Shown here: positions 46,289 to 55,109 of the stretch, one piece after another | How positions within the stretch are numbered: the first letter of the stretch is position 1 | Layout of the letters: every line of letters begins with the position of its first letter | Sequence record: PV764601.1 | Direction: 5' to 3' (one strand) | Length of the DNA: 64,000 nucleotides | Notes under the pieces: generated by a model | Told to the model about the DNA's origin: nothing | The model's database searches: none | What the model saw: only the letters and a program-made list of their open reading frames with translations | Program-made: the position numbers and the translations under genes

Positions 46289-47527
46289 GTGGCAAAAGGG
46301 GCTAAGGCAGCGGCCTACACTGCGGCGCTGACTAAGCGATTTGGTTCCAACTTGATGCTGGGTAAGTATCGAGGCAGGGACATAGCCATAGCCCACAAGT
46401 GCGTGGGGTGTGGCAAGACGTTCAATCGTAGCCCTCGGGTTATGTTGTCGAGTGCAGGCAAGTGTCAGGCTTGCATGTATGCAGGAGGCCAGCAGCAAGC
46501 CGAATGGATAGCTCGGGTCATCAAGAAATTCGACCGTGTGCTACCCATTCGGATTGAGGCTAAAGGACGGCGTTACCTGTGCAAGGTGTGCAACAAGCAG
46601 TTCGTGGCGGCACATAATTGGGCTGCGGCTACCAAGTTCGACAGCTGCCCCAAATGCAAGGCCCCACCTGCCAAATATCGCTCAGGACGCCTTCCGACTA
46701 ATTGTATACGTGGCAAGATCACGGCGGCTAGGGATGGGGATTCCATCGCCTTTACCACTGACAAGATCGTCCGCCACTATGTTCCGTCTGCTATGGCCAA
46801 CGGCGCCCCCATCTGTGCAGTGAGCGTAAACAAGCTGTACTCGGAATGGGACAAGTTCGTCAGTTTGGCTAAAGCTGGAAAGAAGAAAAAGCTGCGCGTC
46901 TTTGTGGTCAAGGGACGCAATGCCTATGAGCTTCCCGAAGGGTGGTTCAGATCAGGGTTCGATTGGGTTGCGGGAATCATTCGCCGTGTTGAGCGGCCAA
47001 TGATGACCATTCTCAGTCTCGACCCAGGTACGTCCAACTGTGCATGGGCATGCCTCAACGTGGAGTATGGAAAACTTCCAGTAGTACGTGGATCAGGGAA
47101 GATCAACAGCACAGTTAAGTCGATGGTCGGAAGCGAACATCGAATGCAAGTATTGAGCTTCTTGAATGAGATTGAGTCACTAGGTCAGGAGTTCGGTGCT
47201 TCTGCGTGGGCGGCGGAAAGGTTCATGTATCGCATGGGCTTGAACGGCACCACGATGGAAGCAGTGAACGCAATGATCGGGGCATTCATGGTACGAACGA
47301 AAGAACCGACTGTGGTATTCCCTGCGTCGCAGTGGAAAAACGCATTCAACGCCAAGTTCAACCTTGAGGACGTATACAAGCAAACGGATCAAGAGCCTCA
47401 CGTTATTGATGCGATGCTTATTGGTGTGTATGCGTCCGAGCTATATTACAGCCTGCCCCACTACCAATTCACCAAGGCAACTTTGAACAAGCTACTCAAA
47501 GCTATTAGTCGGAAAGGGAGAAAGTGA
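46289..47527 (+). CDS. ruvC: RuvC-like Holliday junction resolvase with N-terminal Zn-ribbon repeats
   Basis: C-terminal ILSLDPGTSN, AAERF, HVIDA; N-terminal CxxC pairs (CVGC/CQAC, CKVC/CPKC). Confidence 0.78.
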   Translation: MAKGAKAAAYTAALTKRFGSNLMLGKYRGRDIAIAHKCVGCGKTFNRSPRVMLSSAGKCQACMYAGGQQQAEWIARVIKKFDRVLPIRIEAKGRRYLCKVCNKQFVAAHNWAAATKFDSCPKCKAPPAKYRSGRLPTNCIRGKITAARDGDSIAFTTDKIVRHYVPSAMANGAPICAVSVNKLYSEWDKFVSLAKAGKKKKLRVFVVKGRNAYELPEGWFRSGFDWVAGIIRRVERPMMTILSLDPGTSNCAWACLNVEYGKLPVVRGSGKINSTVKSMVGSEHRMQVLSFLNEIESLGQEFGASAWAAERFMYRMGLNGTTMEAVNAMIGAFMVRTKEPTVVFPASQWKNAFNAKFNLEDVYKQTDQEPHVIDAMLIGVYASELYYSLPHYQFTKATLNKLLKAISRKGRK

Positions 47528-48027
47528 CAAAGCTTCGCTGTCCACTTATCGGTACTTCTTATACAGGATCATGTGGGAACTTCTCCTGCATGTATTGGGC
47601 TCAGGGAATGTGCATCAAAGGTGTTACTACCCCGAAGCTCATTGCAACCACCAAGGGCATCACGTTAGCTGCCCTGCGTACCTCTCGGGAGAGAGGTAAG
47701 TTAAGAATAGCCCGCATCCTGATTCTCGATGAGTATGCAACATTCCTAGAGCGCGTGCCGTATGCCACGACAGTGCTACCGGATGACATTGAGCAGCTGT
47801 GCAGAGACAAACTAGCTTCGCCTTGGTTTAGCCAATCGAAATGGTCCGTCAGCAAGTTCATAGCTGCCTTGTCTAGAAAGAACTGGAAGGCATTCCTGTC
47901 GGGAATCAAAAAGTTAGAGGAAGGCGACTTGGCTTTCCTCAATGCCCACAATCACCGCCTGCGCAGGGTATTGAACCTGACAAAGGCGGAGTATCAAATC
48001 CTTAAACCCATCGGAGATTTCTCATGA
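47524..48027 (+). CDS. Hypothetical protein with N-terminal Cys cluster
   Basis: GTGA overlap with ruvC; C-P...C...C...C. Confidence 0.65.
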   Translation: MTKLRCPLIGTSYTGSCGNFSCMYWAQGMCIKGVTTPKLIATTKGITLAALRTSRERGKLRIARILILDEYATFLERVPYATTVLPDDIEQLCRDKLASPWFSQSKWSVSKFIAALSRKNWKAFLSGIKKLEEGDLAFLNAHNHRLRRVLNLTKAEYQILKPIGDFS

Positions 48028-48725
48028 GTCTTGAAAACCACGCCATCACCATCATGGACGCCATTCGTTCGGAGCACGACGAACTGTGGGTGCTGAACGT
48101 AAACCGCATGGCGGTGAATGCACACTCGGATAGCTCGCGCGTGTCCCTGCACATCGACGACAACAACCGACTGATGATTGAAGCTTCCTTCATTCCTCAG
48201 AACCTTGTTGAAATCGGCGACCGTGACGTGATCGTCAATTCGGCTCCGTTCAAGCGTGCGGTCAACAGCGGTCTGCTGCTCATCATCGACCCGGAAGCGG
48301 CCAACAAGTTCATGGAGCGCAGCGATGCACGTGCGGAGCATGCACGTATTCAGAACATCCGTAACGAGGTCATCAATGCGTCGATGGGCATTGAGAACGG
48401 TGGCAGTGGCAAGACCCCGGCAGCGCTGGGTGATCGCAACCGCAAGCCGATTCGCAACCCGGATGCAGAGAACGACGTGGTGATCGCCAATCAGATCAAT
48501 CCGGTCATCTTGAACATCATGGTTCAGGCCAAGGATATGAACATGGATGCAGTGCACGCGTCCATCAAGAACTGTGGCGATGAACGTCTGTCTGCGGCCG
48601 ACTACCGTTATGTCTTCGAGGAAGCCAGCAAGATCAAGAACTTCGATAAGCTGGCCCGCTGGGCTGAACGCCAGATGCTGCGTAAGCAGTCGTCTCCGGT
48701 TGACGCTGACGAGTACGAGGGCTGA
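48024..48725 (+). CDS. Hypothetical protein
   Basis: GGAG SD, ATGA overlap, strong phage codon bias. Confidence 0.8.
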   Translation: MSLENHAITIMDAIRSEHDELWVLNVNRMAVNAHSDSSRVSLHIDDNNRLMIEASFIPQNLVEIGDRDVIVNSAPFKRAVNSGLLLIIDPEAANKFMERSDARAEHARIQNIRNEVINASMGIENGGSGKTPAALGDRNRKPIRNPDAENDVVIANQINPVILNIMVQAKDMNMDAVHASIKNCGDERLSAADYRYVFEEASKIKNFDKLARWAERQMLRKQSSPVDADEYEG

Positions 48726-48726
48726 T

Positions 48727-48756
48727 AAAAAAGAAGGGGAGCATCGTGCTCCCCTT
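48727..48756 (-). terminator. Intrinsic terminator (minus strand)
   Basis: AAGGGGAGCA / TGCTCCCCTT stem with an A-run on its left. Confidence 0.75.
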
Positions 48757-48799
48757 AACTCCTGGACACTAGCATCCTTGCAGTCCAACCCAACAACAT

Positions 48800-48834
48800 A
48801 AGGGCCGCTCCGAAAGGGGTGGCCCTTTTCTTTT
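48800..48834 (+). terminator. Intrinsic terminator (plus strand)
   Basis: AAGGGCCGCTCC-GAAA-GGGGTGGCCCTT followed by TTCTTTT. Confidence 0.75.
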
Positions 48835-48837
48835 GGC

Positions 48838-49056
48838 TTATCGGAGGCGCTGCAACTCGCGGTTGCGCTGTACCGTAAGCAAAGCGATCTGATTACTCAT
48901 GGCCAGAATCTTGTTACCGATGACCTTGCGCTGTGCCGTATTGGCGTTCTTCAAGGACTTGCGCAGTTGCGCTTTCTGCTTCCGAATCCTAGTGATTCTA
49001 GGATTGTATTTGGCAGCGATCTTTTGCCGTGGTGTGTTGGTTGGAACCAGCGACAT
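48838..49056 (-). CDS. Small highly basic protein
   Basis: 72 aa, K/R-rich helical; GGAG SD. Confidence 0.7.
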   Translation of the reverse strand: MSLVPTNTPRQKIAAKYNPRITRIRKQKAQLRKSLKNANTAQRKVIGNKILAMSNQIALLTVQRNRELQRLR

Positions 49057-49059
49057 ACC

Positions 49060-49482
49060 TTACTCCTTGACCAGCCTCCACGGCCGAGTCTCGCTAAATT
49101 GGGGATTCCAAGGCGACACGCTGTAGAACTTGTAGCCAGTCAATCCCAGTTTGGTAACGATGTTGGTCTTGCGGTTGTCTAAGAAGAACGATCCCGTTTC
49201 TTCCTCATCCGCCACCTCACAGATGCAGTGGCCTTCGCCACCTTCAGTAAGGCATGCAACGAGCCGTGCTTTGTAACCGGCCTTGATGCTTTCCTGCATG
49301 CACACTCTAGCGAATTCTTCGCAATCTCCCGTAAACCTAGCACCTACGGGGAACAGTACGTCCTCGGGTTCCCAATACTCTACCAGTCCCCATTTGGTTT
49401 TGTCCGACACATACTTGAAGGCAGACATTGCCTTGGAGTGGATGCGTCGCAGTGCCGTGTAATCTTGTACCGACAGGGCCAT
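49060..49482 (-). CDS. Transglutaminase-like cysteine peptidase (BTLCP/LapG-like)
   Basis: Triad GDCEEFA, GEGHC, FLDNR. Confidence 0.85.
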   Translation of the reverse strand: MALSVQDYTALRRIHSKAMSAFKYVSDKTKWGLVEYWEPEDVLFPVGARFTGDCEEFARVCMQESIKAGYKARLVACLTEGGEGHCICEVADEEETGSFFLDNRKTNIVTKLGLTGYKFYSVSPWNPQFSETRPWRLVKE

Positions 49483-49625
49483 TAGCACTTGCCTCCTTGC
49501 TTACGTAGTTCCACACAACCCGGAGGAGGTTGCGTTTCGTCCCCAGTGTTCAGCGGCTTGGACGGCGTAGGCATCGAGTTGCAGCCTGCCAGAGCTAGCA
49601 CTCCGATCAATACCAATAGCTTCAT
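49482..49625 (-). CDS. 47-aa lipoprotein (not in the ORF track)
   Basis: GAGG SD; MKLLVLIGVLALAG-C lipobox; TAATG overlap with the peptidase. Confidence 0.8.
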   Translation of the reverse strand: MKLLVLIGVLALAGCNSMPTPSKPLNTGDETQPPPGCVELRKQGGKC

Positions 49626-49666
49626 TGTGCACCTCAAGAAAGGGTCACGTCCATGTGACCACCACG

Positions 49667-52051
49667 TTAGGACATGAGAACCGCAACGAGCTGATTCTGT
49701 CCGGTTCGGTTTTCCACAAAGAACTTGTTTTCCGCAGCACTGATGCTGATGGTGCTTTCAGGGCCGGTCGTTCCTTCCAGCGGACCCTGGGCAACGTTGA
49801 TATTCTTGGTCAGCGACGTGGGAATATCGAGAGCGTTGGCGCCTGCCCAACCCGAAGCGTAAGTAGACGCGGAGGTGAGGCAGATTAGGTCAAACTTGAA
49901 CGTCAGTGCCGCAGTGTTTAGATCCGTGAAGATCGCAGAGTTCTGCTGCACCACGTCCACCATGCCGAAGCGTCCGTCAAACTGAGTACGCAGGGCCTGA
50001 CTACGAACAGCGGTGTAGTGTGTACCGGTCAGAGAAATACCCTCGCAGTCGCGGAAGATACGGACAAGCACTTCCTGACTAGAGGTGGGGCGTCCTGCGT
50101 TGATACGTCCGATGGTGCAGTTCTTCGAGTATTCCATGATGACCGGAACGATGTTCTGCTGATACGCCTGATAGATGTGCTCTACCGAGAACGTGATCTT
50201 GCCATTCGCAGGGTCAGCAGCGGAAGTGCTGTCGAACGCACGGATGATGGGCAGCTGGGTGCTGGTCGCCTGAATGTGACCAATCTCCAAACCGGAGCGA
50301 CCAATCGTGCCGTACTGAGTGTTAGTCAGCGAGAACATGGAATCGCTCCAGTCGAACAGCAGGCTACCCGACGGACGATCTTCAAGGACGTTGGTGATGG
50401 TCAGGCCATCCACGTTACCCGCGATCTTGACGAAGTTCGTGCAGCCGCTACGACCGCCTCGCGTTTGCAGCGAATTGATCGAACACGAAGTGATCGGAGG
50501 CGATTGGTTCGGATAGCTCGGGCCACCCTGCGGCTGGATAGTTACGCCTGCCACACCAAAGCCGTCGATACGCACGCGGTCGAAGCTAATGCGATGACTC
50601 GGGCCGTTATAGTTGTCCCACAGGATGCCGGAGTTGGTTGCACTGTCCAGAACCAGTAGTTCTTCAAAACTGATGCTGCTACCGCCGCGAACGCGCAGAC
50701 CATAAGTTGCACTACCGTTACACAGGACGCGCAAGCCGTTCGGGAAGTTGATGCTGGAGGGGGCAGTCAGCTCGCCAAGGATGAAAGCACCTGCCGACAG
50801 CGAGGCGGACTGGTCCACAAGGAATTCGCCCAGCGCATTGACGATCAGGTTAGATTCCGTATTGTTGAAGACCACAGAGTCCGTAAGCTTCCAACGTGCC
50901 TGACCGTCCGAAGCTGCGGTAGTTGCCGCAGGATCGGTGCGGTGCGGCATCGGCAGCGTGACGTACTTGACTACCTGCTGGGTGAAACCACGCTTCATGG
51001 CGAGCCACTTGGCGTTAAAGCTATCACCTGCGAACCAGCCAACGCTGTAGACGCTAGTGCTGCTGACGGCGTTGCCCTCACCCGTAAACACAACCGTAGC
51101 ATCGTCCACGATCAGGCCATCAAAAGTCAGGGTAGCGCCCGGACCGATGGAAATCTTGGAGCCATTAGGCATGATGCTGCCTACAGTGGCGTTGGAGGTG
51201 ATACGGTAGGTCTTGTTGGGGGACAGCACAATCAGGCGCCCGTTCGCAGCGGCGGCGATGAAGGCGGGACCGTCATCAGTAGTGCCGTCACCCTTGGCCC
51301 CCACGTCTTCAGGAGTAACCAGTGATTCTAGCTTGCTCTGATAGGTACGGTAGATAGCGCCCGTGAGTGGGGCCAGATAGCCACGCGGACTACCTAGGGC
51401 GGTCAGCAGCCGATCATACTGAGGAGTCCATGCAGTACCGTTGTACTGGTAGATGGTGTTGTTGGTGGGAACCGGATCAGCGATCACGTAGGCGATACTA
51501 TTGCGTTGCATCGTCGTAACAGTATCGAGAACCGAACGCGTCTGATAGGTGGGTGGTGTGCCGTTCGCCAAAGCCACGTTGGCGTTGAGCTCGGAGTTGG
51601 TAACACGGTTCAGCGCTTCGGTGGCCTTACCCAGCGCGTTGAGCGCGTTGGTGTTGGCGATAGAAGCCACGTCCGACGTAGCGTTAACCTTGTCGTTCAT
51701 GGTCTGATAGCCGATCACCTGAGTGTCGTTACCAAGACCGTCACTAATGATTACCGTCGGGTTGTTGCTAGTGAACACGTCGTAGATTTGGCGCTGAAAC
51801 TGCTGCACCAATTCCGTAGAGGCGTTCGAGGTGGCTGCCAGAGTATGATACGTGGGCAACTCAACCTGAGTACCATACGCAGTGGTGACGTGTGCCACCT
51901 GACCCGTAGACGTGAGCAATTCAATCTGCTCGTTCAAGAACATGAAGCCCCGGTCCTGTAGCAGAGACATGGACTGATAGACTTCAACACATGCTTTGAG
52001 AATGTCCGGAGTATTCTCAATGATGGGTTGGATGGAAGTGGGCAGCGGCAT
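49667..52051 (-). CDS. Tailspike with pectate-lyase-like beta-helix (depolymerase candidate)
   Basis: VTPEDVGAKGDGTTDDGPAF motif followed by beta-helix repeats. Confidence 0.85.
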   Translation of the reverse strand: MPLPTSIQPIIENTPDILKACVEVYQSMSLLQDRGFMFLNEQIELLTSTGQVAHVTTAYGTQVELPTYHTLAATSNASTELVQQFQRQIYDVFTSNNPTVIISDGLGNDTQVIGYQTMNDKVNATSDVASIANTNALNALGKATEALNRVTNSELNANVALANGTPPTYQTRSVLDTVTTMQRNSIAYVIADPVPTNNTIYQYNGTAWTPQYDRLLTALGSPRGYLAPLTGAIYRTYQSKLESLVTPEDVGAKGDGTTDDGPAFIAAAANGRLIVLSPNKTYRITSNATVGSIMPNGSKISIGPGATLTFDGLIVDDATVVFTGEGNAVSSTSVYSVGWFAGDSFNAKWLAMKRGFTQQVVKYVTLPMPHRTDPAATTAASDGQARWKLTDSVVFNNTESNLIVNALGEFLVDQSASLSAGAFILGELTAPSSINFPNGLRVLCNGSATYGLRVRGGSSISFEELLVLDSATNSGILWDNYNGPSHRISFDRVRIDGFGVAGVTIQPQGGPSYPNQSPPITSCSINSLQTRGGRSGCTNFVKIAGNVDGLTITNVLEDRPSGSLLFDWSDSMFSLTNTQYGTIGRSGLEIGHIQATSTQLPIIRAFDSTSAADPANGKITFSVEHIYQAYQQNIVPVIMEYSKNCTIGRINAGRPTSSQEVLVRIFRDCEGISLTGTHYTAVRSQALRTQFDGRFGMVDVVQQNSAIFTDLNTAALTFKFDLICLTSASTYASGWAGANALDIPTSLTKNINVAQGPLEGTTGPESTISISAAENKFFVENRTGQNQLVAVLMS

Positions 52052-52060
52052 TGTTACCTC

Positions 52061-52288
52061 TTAGCGTTCACAAATTTGGGGATCATTCCTCGGATAGGCC
52101 CAGCACTTCAAGGCTGCGCCTTGACAATTGTGCGCTAGAATCTGCTTGGCAGTTCCATCCGTGAATTCGTCGTTTTCGTTGACCTTGATGGCCTTCCAGC
52201 CAGCGCAAATGTCGGTTTGAGCCACCACTTGTGGAGTAGTTGCGCAGCCTGCAAGTAAGGCGATGGCGATAATCAGGAGAGTTTTCAT
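52061..52288 (-). CDS. Outer-membrane spanin (o-spanin) lipoprotein
   Basis: MKTLLIIAIALLAG-C lipobox; overlaps the i-spanin stop. Confidence 0.8.
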   Translation of the reverse strand: MKTLLIIAIALLAGCATTPQVVAQTDICAGWKAIKVNENDEFTDGTAKQILAHNCQGAALKCWAYPRNDPQICER

Positions 52289-52629
52289 TACCAGCCCCTC
52301 AATTTGCCTGCGGCCGAATCTTTAGGTGCATCCCCCACCCTAACTGTCTCGTTAGGATCCGTAGTTGGAGCAGGGATTTTCTCGATTTTTTCCTCGACCT
52401 GCTCACGGGTAGATTCGTGAGCTTGGTCGATCTTCTCAACGATCTTGGTTTCAGCCTCAATTCGTTTCGCATCCTGCTCCGCATGCTTTGCATCGGCGGC
52501 GGACTTACCCTTGAAGCGACCGTACAGGAAGATACCAGCAATTGCCGCCAATATGGAGCCAGCGGCAATGACATACTGCGAGCACTTGGCCCACATTTTC
52601 GCAAACCATGCAGTCAACCACAAGGGCAT
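52288..52629 (-). CDS. Inner-membrane spanin (i-spanin)
   Basis: N-terminal TM helix followed by a periplasmic coiled coil. Confidence 0.75.
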   Translation of the reverse strand: MPLWLTAWFAKMWAKCSQYVIAAGSILAAIAGIFLYGRFKGKSAADAKHAEQDAKRIEAETKIVEKIDQAHESTREQVEEKIEKIPAPTTDPNETVRVGDAPKDSAAGKLRGW

Positions 52630-52649
52630 GACGTTACCTCATTGAAGTG

Positions 52650-53015
52650 TTAGTTACCGGTCTTCTCTACGGCGAATTCCACGTGATGGTTGGGATCGCC
52701 TGCGAGCTTTGTACGCTTCATCTTGACAACGGCGCGGTGACCCGATGGGTGCCTGTACTCAATGGTAACCGTGTTGCCCGAACTGGAGCGTTTGTGTGGA
52801 GACAGGCCATGAGACGCAAGATGCTCATGGATGGCCTTCCCGACTGCTTGATGGTGCATGCTAGTGCTAGGTGCAGTAAAATCGTAGGACAGGTGATGAT
52901 TCTTTCGGCCCTGCCATGCGTCATGCGTGTGCACCTTGACTTGCTTTGCTTTTGGGATACGAAGCTTGGAGAAATCCCCTTCGCGTACCTTGGTGCTATT
53001 GGCTAAAATTCTCAT
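52650..53015 (-). CDS. Small His-rich basic protein
   Basis: Module similar to those in 40389..42332 (LASHGL...YRHPSG). Confidence 0.65.
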   Translation of the reverse strand: MRILANSTKVREGDFSKLRIPKAKQVKVHTHDAWQGRKNHHLSYDFTAPSTSMHHQAVGKAIHEHLASHGLSPHKRSSSGNTVTIEYRHPSGHRAVVKMKRTKLAGDPNHHVEFAVEKTGN

Positions 53016-53037
53016 AGTCAGGGGCCTATACGAAGAA

Positions 53038-53061
53038 TGCTGGGAACTAATGTTCCCAGCA
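53038..53061. terminator. Hairpin after the endolysin gene
   Basis: TGCTGGGAAC / GTTCCCAGCA perfect stem. Confidence 0.7.
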
Positions 53062-53067
53062 CGTTAG

Positions 53068-53793
53068 TCACAGTACGAGTTGATTGAAGCCTTGCAGGGC
53101 CTTTTTCGTCCACATGATGCGATCCTCCAAACCCTTGTCACCGCCGTTGACCTTCTTGGTAACTACCGTAACAGTAGAACGCAGGATGGAATCGTACTCC
53201 GGAGATTTGGGATCATCAGGGAGCACATATTGCGAAGCAATGTCACCCAGCTTGTTGCGTTGCCAGAACCAACCAGCAGTGTAGCTCTTGTCGGGATAGA
53301 GTTCGATCAGAGTAGGATTCTCCAGCACACGCAAGTCACCATAGGTGTCCATGCTGTAGTTGGTCCAATTAGCGCGGCCAGTCAATTGCTTGTCACCGCC
53401 GCCCCTGAAATTCCATCCGTCGTTCAACTCGGTATTACCCAAATTCTTGCGTCCCCACTCACCGCCGTACAGGATGTTGGCGATGGCTACTTGGTTAGCT
53501 GCTCGGATAACAGTTTTCTTGCCGTTCACGACCTTATCAATACGCCCGTATTTCTGAGCGTCCGCCACACTGATACGGTGACGGCCAAAACCATTGATAA
53601 GACCTTCAACGCTGTAATTCATGCTTTCGCGGGTGGCACGGAAGCCACCTGTTTCTACAGCGATCTGTCCGATGAAAATGGACTTGTGCCACGTAGTCTC
53701 GATGCCGTACCGAATGCACGCCCCCTCAAGGGCTTGAGCGTTATCAGGTAGACAGCCAAGACCGATCAGAACGGTTTCCGTGCTCATGGTCAT
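53068..53793 (-). CDS. Endolysin, glycoside hydrolase family 19
   Basis: GQIAVETGGF, FRGGGDKQLTGRANW, AGWFW, VNGGDKGLEDR. Confidence 0.9.
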   Translation of the reverse strand: MTMSTETVLIGLGCLPDNAQALEGACIRYGIETTWHKSIFIGQIAVETGGFRATRESMNYSVEGLINGFGRHRISVADAQKYGRIDKVVNGKKTVIRAANQVAIANILYGGEWGRKNLGNTELNDGWNFRGGGDKQLTGRANWTNYSMDTYGDLRVLENPTLIELYPDKSYTAGWFWQRNKLGDIASQYVLPDDPKSPEYDSILRSTVTVVTKKVNGGDKGLEDRIMWTKKALQGFNQLVL

Positions 53794-53803
53794 GCCATCC
53801 TCT

Positions 53804-54349
53804 TCAGCGATAGGAGTTGTGAAGCCACACGCGAATGTAACGATTCACGGGGACCACTACAGGCAGCTTGTACTTGACCCTCAGTTCATACTCCGCGTTA
53901 AGCGTCCTGTAGTAGGAAGCCATTTCACTACGCATGGCAGAGCTTAGGGCCGAACACTCAACGGCGTTAGCTGCGCTTATTACATCCTCTGTAAGCTTTC
54001 CATCCTCATGCACGTAAGCGCCCGATGCCCACAAGGCCCTCTGCAAACAGCGAGTGGCCAAGTTGAAATTGTTGGGTGCGCACGTTGTCACAGCGAGGGT
54101 AAACAGCTTGTTTGCCGCCTGCTGACATTTGAGTTCGGTCCAAAGTGGATGCCAGAAATACTGACGATACAATTCCTTGGCGGTTGCCGCCGTCATACTC
54201 TTGACGAATTCGTAGTCGGCCTCGACTCCCACCAAGCGGAGGGAGCCAAGGTTCCAACCATAGTTTGTCACAGCCCCAGGGTCAGTAGGATCATCAATCA
54301 AATCCGACTCGATGTTCTGCTGCCTATAGGCAATGTCAAACTCAGCCAT
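53804..54349 (-). CDS. GH108-like muramidase with PG-binding domain, degenerate motifs
   Basis: IESDLIDDPTDPGAVTNYGW, AKELYRQYFW, CLQRAL. Confidence 0.7.
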   Translation of the reverse strand: MAEFDIAYRQQNIESDLIDDPTDPGAVTNYGWNLGSLRLVGVEADYEFVKSMTAATAKELYRQYFWHPLWTELKCQQAANKLFTLAVTTCAPNNFNLATRCLQRALWASGAYVHEDGKLTEDVISAANAVECSALSSAMRSEMASYYRTLNAEYELRVKYKLPVVVPVNRYIRVWLHNSYR

Positions 54350-54352
54350 GAA

Positions 54353-55030
54353 TCATTCCTCAGTGATGAGCCACGCGGCATCTACGAGAAGTGCCGGAGC
54401 CACTTCAACATCACCAAACGCATTGATGTTGATGGGATAGAAGTTGACCTCCACTTCCTCGGAACGATATTCCTCCAGAGCCTTCGCATCGCCCTGCTTA
54501 GTCAGTTCACCGTCGCGTTCCGAGAACGAATTCAGTAGGTCTCGGACCGTCATCAGGTTGAACAGCAAATTTTCGCCAACGGCCTTCGGCAGTTCCTGCT
54601 GACCCAGCTGTTGCAGGGACATGTAGGCACCAATCAGCTTACCCCGACTAATCTTAGTGACACCAGTAGCTTCGGGCTTGGTAACGTCAACAAAGTGCTC
54701 AGACAGGATGGCCATGTTCAGGGGGATGAAACTTTCCTCCTTGAAGTCTGCCGGGTAGCTCAGGAGCTTGACAGTATCGACTTCGACGTCCGAAGCAAGC
54801 ACTTCGTCAGTGGCTGCCTTGAACTGTACGGCGTCTTCGGGAGACAGCGGCTGCTGGTCTTCGCCGTAGTGGCGCTGGGCCAGAGTCCGGCCAGTTGCCT
54901 GCCATGCGTCAATATGGACCTGAGCACGTTGCAGGTATGAACTGACCTTGAACGCCTTGACAGCAGGCAGCCGCAGGCCGGCAACGTACTTGAGAGCTTC
55001 GACAGAGGAGAGAAGAACCTGGAGTTGCAT
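54353..55030 (-). CDS. Tail fibre assembly chaperone-like protein with internal duplication
   Basis: Two similar helical halves (DUF1617-like pattern); downstream of fibre genes. Confidence 0.5.
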   Translation of the reverse strand: MQLQVLLSSVEALKYVAGLRLPAVKAFKVSSYLQRAQVHIDAWQATGRTLAQRHYGEDQQPLSPEDAVQFKAATDEVLASDVEVDTVKLLSYPADFKEESFIPLNMAILSEHFVDVTKPEATGVTKISRGKLIGAYMSLQQLGQQELPKAVGENLLFNLMTVRDLLNSFSERDGELTKQGDAKALEEYRSEEVEVNFYPININAFGDVEVAPALLVDAAWLITEE

Positions 55031-55097
55031 GATCGTTCCTTATTTGTTGGGAAGTGTCTTTATGTGAGGCTGCTATCCGTAGCCTTATGTCCTTACG

Positions 55098-55105
55098 TAA
55101 AATTG
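55098..55105 (-). promoter_or_regulatory. Putative late promoter CAATTTTA
   Basis: 67 nt upstream of ATG 55030. Confidence 0.5.
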
Positions 55106-55109
55106 ACTG

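Noticed and set aside
46289-47527. TnpB/IscB/Cas-like RNA-guided nuclease interpretation of the RuvC plus Zn-finger ORF
   Set aside because: RuvC is compact and contiguous at the C-terminus with no bridge-helix split; no transposon ends, array or adequate ncRNA space
53004-53011. GAATTTTA and the similar TAATTTCA at 6343-6350 and 32959-32966 as promoters
   Set aside because: Inside coding sequence or made by a TAA stop, and they deviate from the consensus
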